A stretch of DNA of 31,925 nt from a virus (taxonomy: Duplodnaviria > Heunggongvirae > Uroviricota > Caudoviricetes): positions 1 to 31,925 of IMG/VR virus record IMGVR_UViG_2917881069_000003. One strand, written 5' to 3'. A program made the translations under genes and the position numbers. The notes under the pieces were generated by a model. The model ran no database searches. It was given only the letters and a program-made list of their open reading frames with translations, and had not been told where the DNA came from. The first letter of the stretch is position 1; each line of letters opens with the position of its first letter. Below, one piece after another: positions 26,023 through 31,925 of the stretch.

Positions 26023-28308
26023 TTAGCTCCACTTAATATCTGTTATATCCTCCGGCCACTCATCAGCGACCGGATACGTAAATTTTTCCCCACAATAGCT
26101 TACCGTTGCCCCACGCGCCAGCACCTCAAGCTCCCATCGCTGCGGCCTGATACCGTTCTGAGCAAGGTCAACGCGGATACGGGTAATTTGCATTCGTTCC
26201 GACCGGGTCAGTCTGGCCGATGGTGCAATTTCATGCGGTTTTAACGGGCTTCCGTTTCTTTGCTGACGATTTGGCGTTCTCAGCCCGTGTTTTAATGCGC
26301 CCCTGAGCGCCTTCACGACCTCCGGGTCATTCCATTCGATAACACCGTCATCAACCAGATTAAGCACTGCTGCGGCGTGCTCAGAAGGTGTGGGAGCCGG
26401 TAACGAAGTATCACCACCGGTGACCTTTCCACAGTTATTGACAGGACTCCGAGGCGCGGCGATGCCGCTTTTTAAAGTCAAAGGCTCAACGACCGGAACT
26501 TTCGGCACAATGCGCCAGTCCGTCGTTCTGGTGATATGAATATGACGCGCGCCGAGATGCGGCGCGTAAATGCCGACCACTCTCTCGACTTCTTCCTCGT
26601 ACTCGTTAACGTCATCCGACGGGCTACGGGCGACCCTGACAGTCTGACAATCGCGCGGGACATTTGCCCCGCCCTGCGCGCTGATATACAACGCAAAATC
26701 ACCACTGTCTGCAGCGGCGCGTGCAGCCTCGACGCGCTCGTCAAACTCATCAGCAATGCTGACGCCGCGAGGCAATTTGCGTAGTTCACGGTAAGCCCCC
26801 ATTGTCGGCAGACCAACCGTTTTAAATTGCGGAATGCGCCACGTTGACGCCCATGCGGTAACAGCCGCAGCTGTGTCTTTCAGCGGCCTACCGGTATCAT
26901 TATCGAGCTGACCATCCAGTGCATAGCCGTCGATGTTTTTTGAGATGTATTTCGCGATATATCCCGCAGCACCGCCCCGGTTAAGGTGTTTTGCCTGAAA
27001 ACGGTTTCGCGCGGCTCCTCTTTCGTCGCCATCCTCTTTGAGCGCATAGCGACGCATGATTTCAATAATCTGGTTACGCTGGCGTGGATTACAAAAAAGC
27101 ATCATATGCCAGTGCGGCGTTCCGTCGTGGTGTGGTTCAACAACACGCAAACCGTAGGCCTGTAAATCATTATCCTTGAATGCCGTGCGCATCAGGCTCC
27201 AGATACGGCAGAGATAACGCTGCGCATCCTTTGGATTAAATGCCTCATCATTCCAGCCGTGATTTAGCTGGACGGTTTTACTTTCGCCTTTTCTGACCTG
27301 ACGTGTCGGGTGATACTTTGACGGCGCGGTCAGCGTGATAAACATCCCCACATCACCCTCTGCGGCAGCGTAACGCTCAATACCGGCGATGGTGTTCATC
27401 AGCTCCATCCGGCGAATTTCTGGATTAGAAATACTGCCCATCACCTTACTGATAAGGTCGATGCGCTCGCCGGTTTCCCTGTTTTCAAGGTCACACGATT
27501 TAAGAAATTCCAGATTTGCCTGGCGGCGCGCACGCACATCACGAATGGCATGTTTACTGGCATAAGGAGAACGGTCTTTATTGACCTCCCCGACAGCAAT
27601 CAGTAACGCCTCATGCCAGCGCATACGCTGGCCTTTAAGCTGATGAGTCCACCATTCATCGTTAAACAGACGGGCAATGGCAGAATATGCCTGCCTCGTG
27701 GTCATCTGCCCTTTACGGTATTTTTTCCAGTAGAGCGGGGAAATATTGAAAGCACGTGCAGCGCCAGCAACATGACCATACAGGTGAGCCTGCGCCTCAT
27801 CCGTAAACAGCGATTCTTTCTCGCCATGCGCATCCACCCAGGCATCGCAGAGTTCCTCATACATTATGAAAAGCTGCGATGAGATACGGGCGGCAAACTT
27901 TTTCAGCTCCTTGTCATTCATTCCAGGCAGGCGCGCATAGTGGTCACGCTCTGCCAGAAACAGCAACGACGCGTCGGTGTTCATTTCATGGCGCTGATTA
28001 ACGCGCTCAATGCGCGGCCATAAACGACGCTGAAAAGTGGATGTGAGGAAATAAAACCCGTGCACCGGGCTTTTATTGCGCCGGATGTAGTCATAGCGTG
28101 AAGTAAACAGCGAGCGCAAAAAGTAAGGCAGGCGATTAATCGTGGATAAAACACCTTGCACCTGACGCATCTCGTCACGTGTAAGGGGTCTTTCGCGCCC
28201 GACGGCCTCGCGTGGCGCGTTCCATGCATAAGCACCGGTAAACGCCTTACCGGTGCCTACGGCAAATGCTGACGGAGGGACAAAACGCCCGGAGGCTTTA
28301 ACGGCCAT
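26023..28308 (-). CDS. A: Replication initiation protein A (rolling-circle endonuclease, 761 aa)
   Basis: Start at MAVKASGRFVPPSAF... (ATG 28306-28308) gives 761 aa as in P2 gpA; the ORF-track version is 14 aa longer. Confidence 0.9.
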   Translation of the reverse strand: MAVKASGRFVPPSAFAVGTGKAFTGAYAWNAPREAVGRERPLTRDEMRQVQGVLSTINRLPYFLRSLFTSRYDYIRRNKSPVHGFYFLTSTFQRRLWPRIERVNQRHEMNTDASLLFLAERDHYARLPGMNDKELKKFAARISSQLFIMYEELCDAWVDAHGEKESLFTDEAQAHLYGHVAGAARAFNISPLYWKKYRKGQMTTRQAYSAIARLFNDEWWTHQLKGQRMRWHEALLIAVGEVNKDRSPYASKHAIRDVRARRQANLEFLKSCDLENRETGERIDLISKVMGSISNPEIRRMELMNTIAGIERYAAAEGDVGMFITLTAPSKYHPTRQVRKGESKTVQLNHGWNDEAFNPKDAQRYLCRIWSLMRTAFKDNDLQAYGLRVVEPHHDGTPHWHMMLFCNPRQRNQIIEIMRRYALKEDGDERGAARNRFQAKHLNRGGAAGYIAKYISKNIDGYALDGQLDNDTGRPLKDTAAAVTAWASTWRIPQFKTVGLPTMGAYRELRKLPRGVSIADEFDERVEAARAAADSGDFALYISAQGGANVPRDCQTVRVARSPSDDVNEYEEEVERVVGIYAPHLGARHIHITRTTDWRIVPKVPVVEPLTLKSGIAAPRSPVNNCGKVTGGDTSLPAPTPSEHAAAVLNLVDDGVIEWNDPEVVKALRGALKHGLRTPNRQQRNGSPLKPHEIAPSARLTRSERMQITRIRVDLAQNGIRPQRWELEVLARGATVSYCGEKFTYPVADEWPEDITDIKWS

Positions 28309-28573
28309 ATGAGCCAAAAGCCTCTGAACAACGCCTGCTGAGTTGCTCAACCTGCGCGTTTAAATCAGCAAAAGACTTTGCGCTTCCGGTCAGAATATCG
28401 TGATGCATCAGGCCGGAAACGAGCTGGCTTAATTTCGGGTAATAACCAACCACCGACAGCCATTCCTGACCGGCGTTTTTACCGCTTTCCGCTCTCTTTT
28501 TCTCGTGGAGAATAAACTGAAAGCTGTCACTGGTAACGACATAACGTTCGCCAATTTCAATACGAATACTCAT
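28298..28573 (-). CDS. Hypothetical early-operon protein (91 aa), overlapping the A start
   Basis: ORF in the P2 early operon position immediately upstream of A; function unknown. Confidence 0.55.
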   Translation of the reverse strand: MSIRIEIGERYVVTSDSFQFILHEKKRAESGKNAGQEWLSVVGYYPKLSQLVSGLMHHDILTGSAKSFADLNAQVEQLSRRCSEAFGSYGR

Positions 28574-28794
28574 GCCGTTCTCCGGTAATGTTTGTTTTTT
28601 GCTTCAAAGACTGACTGACAGGAAACACAACGCGTGGCTGACGGATAAGCCGCACGACGGGCAGCAGGTATTGGCGCATCACACTCTTCGCAAACCAGCG
28701 AAGAAACACCGCAATGTTTTACCCTTGCCGCGTTAATCTGGCGCTCCAGTAATTCAGCCTGTTGTTCCTGAATAAAATCTACGTTGTCCGGCAT
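28570..28794 (-). CDS. TraR/DksA-family C4 zinc-finger protein (74 aa)
   Basis: CEECDAPIP ... RCVSCQ four-cysteine motif in a small early-operon ORF. Confidence 0.65.
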   Translation of the reverse strand: MPDNVDFIQEQQAELLERQINAARVKHCGVSSLVCEECDAPIPAARRAAYPSATRCVSCQSVFEAKNKHYRRTA

Positions 28795-29099
28795 TACCAG
28801 CTCCTTTTGTCGTTCAGCTTCTTAAATTCATCAGCGCAATAGCTGGCGATTTCTGTCGTTAATTTTGTCAGTTCATCCACGGATGAAATTTGCTTATGAA
28901 ATACAGCGCGTTTAACAAGTAAATTGACCACATCAGACAGGAGGTTTAATTCATTCTGATAAATCGCGATAACAGATTCAGTTATGTCGCGTTTTTCTTT
29001 ATCAAGACAAAGTTGAATAAGAGACAAATCACCATTTTCCATAACGGCGATTTTTAAGGCGTTATTCAGTAATACAACTGAATGAGAACAGGACATCAA
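28794..29099 (-). CDS. Hypothetical early-operon protein (101 aa; true start may be internal)
   Basis: ORF in the early operon between B and the zinc-finger gene; no recognisable motif. Confidence 0.45.
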   Translation of the reverse strand: MMSCSHSVVLLNNALKIAVMENGDLSLIQLCLDKEKRDITESVIAIYQNELNLLSDVVNLLVKRAVFHKQISSVDELTKLTTEIASYCADEFKKLNDKRSW

Positions 29100-29320
29100 A
29101 GTACCTCCCCGCGAGACAATCCGATATTGTGAAATTTTTCCGACTCCTGACTGAGCAGCTCGACTATCTCCACGCGGGATAACTCCGCCTTTGTGATGTG
29201 GCGAATCATGGCGTCAAGATGAGAAGAAAAGCGCGTCGCAGCGTCAGCCTGTGCTTCGGTTCTGGCCTGTTGCAGCAGTAATGCGTATTTACCGCACTGA
29301 TTTTCAGAAACTGTATGCAT
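29096..29320 (-). CDS. Hypothetical early-operon protein (74 aa)
   Basis: Small ORF immediately downstream of B with stop/start coupling to the next ORF. Confidence 0.45.
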   Translation of the reverse strand: MHTVSENQCGKYALLLQQARTEAQADAATRFSSHLDAMIRHITKAELSRVEIVELLSQESEKFHNIGLSRGEVL

Positions 29321-29383
29321 AACTTTCTCCAGGCAAAAAGAAGCCCCGCACGATTAAGTGCGTTTAAAACTCTGGTTAATTAT

Positions 29384-29884
29384 TTAATGCAGATATTGCT
29401 CTGGTTTTACCGACGTCAGAATTGTCGGTGCATACTCAAACAGGCTGAATAATTCACGTAATGCACGGAATAAAGCATCACGCCAGTAACATGACTCTTC
29501 ATTAATTCGCCAGTATGGCTGGTTGAATTCTTTTTCAGTCAATCCGGCATGCATAAATAAAGTACGACGCTGACTGACTGTTAAAAAACTAATATATGCA
29601 TACTCACTTGCGCCAACCTGACGGCGTTTTGAGAATGCCCCACGCAATTCATCAATTGCACAAACCAGCCGTTCACGTTCGACGTCGTTCATTTCTTCAA
29701 AACGCATCGTTGCATGACGTTGTTTTAACTGCGCATGAAAGCAAACCGTTAGCCGTTCGCGTTCCATCATCTGATTATAATAATCACATGTATCCTGCCA
29801 GCGAGGGACGGCCAGATGCTTACCAATTATCCGGCGCATAGCTGCTGGCTGTTTTTCAACGAGATTAAGCGTCATCACTGTCAT
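29384..29884 (-). CDS. B: Replication protein B (helicase loader, 166 aa)
   Basis: 166 aa beginning MTVMTLNLVEKQPAAMRRIIGKHLAVPRWQ..., matching P2 gpB length and sequence as I recall it. Confidence 0.85.
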   Translation of the reverse strand: MTVMTLNLVEKQPAAMRRIIGKHLAVPRWQDTCDYYNQMMERERLTVCFHAQLKQRHATMRFEEMNDVERERLVCAIDELRGAFSKRRQVGASEYAYISFLTVSQRRTLFMHAGLTEKEFNQPYWRINEESCYWRDALFRALRELFSLFEYAPTILTSVKPEQYLH

Positions 29885-30051
29885 TTCCAGACCCTCCGGC
29901 TTTTCAGAAAGGTCAGAGCCTTCTTTAACGGACTCTGTTTTTTGGTGCGGATAATGATTCCCTTGCGTCCCTTCCCGTGGGTGATGGTGAAGTCAATCGC
30001 CCTGGGGCTTTCGTTACGCAATAACTGAGCAATACAACGCGGCTCCTTCAT
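29881..30051 (-). CDS. Hypothetical small early protein (about 56 aa from the internal start with the best RBS)
   Basis: ATG at 30049-30051 (minus) is preceded by AGGTGGAAAGG; the longer ORF-track version (to 30138) would overlap the cox-like gene by 77 nt. Confidence 0.4.
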   Translation of the reverse strand: MKEPRCIAQLLRNESPRAIDFTITHGKGRKGIIIRTKKQSPLKKALTFLKSRRVWK

Positions 30052-30061
30052 CCTTTCCACC

Positions 30062-30391
30062 TTAAGCCGCACGGCCATGTCTTGATTTGCTATAACTAAT
30101 GCGATTTTTCCAGTCGTGCCATTCTGATGGAGCTTCATCGACTAGCTGTGCTGCGTACTTGTCCCACTCACGACGATTAATCCATAACTCAGCATGACCT
30201 CCCGGCTTTAATGGGTCTGCCATGTAAAAGGCAGGCAGCTTGCCTGCTTTCGCCATTTCAGCTACAGCGCGAGGCGTCTTACCGATGTAAAGAGCAAAAC
30301 CCTCTTTCGAGAGTAGATCCGACGGTGCGGCAGCGAGCTTGATGTCACATTTTTTTACTTTTTGTGAGATCAGATACTTTTTCTCCAACAT
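30062..30391 (-). CDS. cox: Cox-like excisionase/early repressor (HTH DNA-binding, 109 aa as ORF)
   Basis: First gene of the leftward early operon, divergent from C; contains ...GKTPRAVAEMAKAGKLP..., resembling the P2 Cox helix-turn-helix region. Start not verified. Confidence 0.5.
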   Translation of the reverse strand: MLEKKYLISQKVKKCDIKLAAAPSDLLSKEGFALYIGKTPRAVAEMAKAGKLPAFYMADPLKPGGHAELWINRREWDKYAAQLVDEAPSEWHDWKNRISYSKSRHGRAA

Positions 30392-30523
30392 CGTTATTCA
30401 TTTCTGATCCAATACTCATTTTGATATCCTCAACTTTGGTGCCATTCAACCAGAGCTATTTGAAGCCGCTCTGCGTTGTTCTGGCTTGTCGCATGCAACA
30501 TAAATTACGAGATACGACAATTC
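30392..30523. promoter_or_regulatory. Immunity switch region: divergent early (Pe) and repressor (Pc) promoters and operators expected here
   Basis: Intergenic region between the divergent cox-like and C genes, by analogy with the P2 Pe/Pc arrangement; individual -10/-35 and operator repeats not resolved by eye. Confidence 0.4.
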
Positions 30524-30835
30524 ATGTCAAATACACAAATCAAATCTCAAGCAGAGAAACTCGCACTTATTAGGGAGTCAGAAAGGATGACAAGGAAGCA
30601 AGTCGCTGAATTAACTGGGATTAACTACAACACCTATGCTGGATATGAGCAGGGAAAAGTAAAGATGTCTTTTGACGCAGGTATGAAATTTTTCAAGCCA
30701 GAAAGATTTCGCAAGTACCGTGACTGGTTCATGTTTGATGAAACTGATCCCGCTGGCGGACAAATAGCCCCGGCGCTCGCGCACATTGGGCAAGACTCAA
30801 CAACCTTGCACCACTCAGACCAAAAGACTGGCTGA
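30524..30835 (+). CDS. C: Immunity repressor C (103 aa), P2 C-like but divergent
   Basis: ATG at 30524 gives MSNTQIKSQAEKLALIRESERMTRKQVAELTGINYNTYAGYEQGK... with an HTH; the C-terminal ...GGQIAPALAHIGQDSTTLHHSDQKTG resembles the P2 C C-terminus as I recall it. Confidence 0.72.
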   Translation: MSNTQIKSQAEKLALIRESERMTRKQVAELTGINYNTYAGYEQGKVKMSFDAGMKFFKPERFRKYRDWFMFDETDPAGGQIAPALAHIGQDSTTLHHSDQKTG

Positions 30836-30928
30836 CGATTTATTCAGCATATGTGTGCAGTAAATGTACGAAAGAAAATTGCATTAATTTTCAAGTAGTA
30901 GAAGTAAACAGCGTCATCGGAGGGCTTT

Positions 30929-31925
30929 ATGTCTATTAAAAAGCTCGATGATGGTCGTTATGAAGTGGACGTCAGACCGCAGGGTGCAGATGGAAAACGT
31001 ATCAGGCGGAAATTTAAAACTAAGGGTGAAGCTCAAGCATTCGAACGTCATGTCCTGGTTAACTACCACAACAAAGAGTGGTTGGAGAAGCCAGCCGACC
31101 GCCGAACTCTTACAGAGTTGTTAGGCAGATGGTGGATATATCACGGAAAATCACATGAGCGTGGAGATATTGAACGGGGGGCGTTTGACGACAATAATCG
31201 CCAAATTTGCAGAAATGGGAGTGTCCAGAGCTGACCAGCTAACAAAGAAAACGATAACTGATTATCGCGTTGTAATGATGAACGATGGTCTTAAACCAGC
31301 CAGCGTAAATCGGCATCTGGCAATAATGAGCGGGATGTTCACCAAGTTAATTGACGCCGGTGAATACCACTCTCACAACCCGTTCCGTGAGGTTAAGCGG
31401 TTACGTGAAGCTGTTACGGAAATGGCTTTTTTGTCCAGTGAAGAGATTACGCGGCTGTTATCCATGCTTGATGGTGATGAATTAAATGCAACTCTGGTCT
31501 GCCTTTCTACTGGTGGACGCTGGAGTGAAGTGTCAAATTTAAAAGCTGAACACATCATTAACCAGATGGTTACGTTTATGAAAACTAAAAACGGAAAGCG
31601 CAGGACAATTCCCGTGTCGCAGGACCTGATTAAACGGATCAAGACCAAAAATTCAGGCAGGCTTTTTAATGCCAGTTACTACAAAGTGCGCAACGCTCTC
31701 AGGGAAGTAAAACCCGATTTACCTGACGGACAGGCAGTGCATGTTTTGAGGCATACATTTGCCACACATTTTATAATGAATGGAGGTAACATAATCACAT
31801 TGCAGCGCATCCTGGGTCATTCTAACATTCAGCAAACTATGACCTACGCACACTTTGCACCGGATTTCTTACAAGATGCAGTGACTCTTAACCCGGTGTC
31901 AGGAATGTCCATAATGCGTCCATAA
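30929..31925 (+). pseudogene. int: Tyrosine integrase (P2 Int family), interrupted by a 1-nt indel in a G6 run
   Basis: Two ORFs in different frames (30929-31234 and 31155-31925). N-terminus MSIKKLDDGRYEVDVRPQG...; C-terminal catalytic region with HVLRHTFATH...LGHSNIQQTMTYAHF (R, H-x-x-R, Y). Removing one G from gggggg at 31176-31181 restores a single reading frame of about 331 aa. Confidence 0.75.

Larger units (their letters stand above)
298..31925. mobile_element. P2-like temperate phage (prophage), near-complete, from ogr end to integrase end
   Basis: Collinear set of P2-type genes with P2-matching product lengths (ogr, D, U, T, E/E', FII, FI, H, I, J, W, V, S, R, lysis genes, X, L, M, N, O, P, Q, A, B, C, int) plus the P2 cos sequence. 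Phage ends (att sites) lie at or beyond the window edges. Confidence 0.9.

Noticed and set aside
26478-28235. Small ORFs inside and antisense to replication gene A
   Set aside because: Nested within the 761-aa A gene; no independent evidence.
1-31925. CRISPR arrays and tRNA or tmRNA genes, including an integration-site tRNA at the prophage ends
   Set aside because: No regularly spaced direct repeats and no tRNA-like T-arm sequences were seen in the non-coding stretches; P2-family phages also often integrate outside tRNA genes.

Overview
The window is almost entirely one P2-like (Peduovirus-type) temperate phage integrated as a prophage, in what looks like an enterobacterial host. Gene calls rest on my recognition of P2 protein sequences and lengths and on motifs read directly from the six-frame track; no database search was run. 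Left to right: late activator ogr (-), tail genes D-U-T-E/E'-FII-FI (-), an AT-rich cargo island (about 6.9-9.45 kb, the position of P2 Z/fun) carrying a + strand 429-aa family-2 glycosyltransferase-like gene, a small non-canonical gene downstream of the tail fibre, tail fibre H with a replaced distal part, baseplate I-J-W-V, S-R, the lysis cassette, X, L, M-N-O (-), terminase P and portal Q (+), the cos site (19-nt P2 cohesive-end sequence at 24162-24180), a second AT-rich cargo island (about 24.2-26.0 kb, the P2 tin/old position) carrying an Abi-P2/AbiK-like reverse transcriptase, then replication gene A and the early operon (-), repressor C and integrase (+). The two hotspot cargos are the most interesting content; the glycosyltransferase-like gene is the one I cannot assign to any described system. 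Three genes (J, the reverse transcriptase, int) are each interrupted by a single-base indel in a homopolymer run, which may be sequencing error or real decay.
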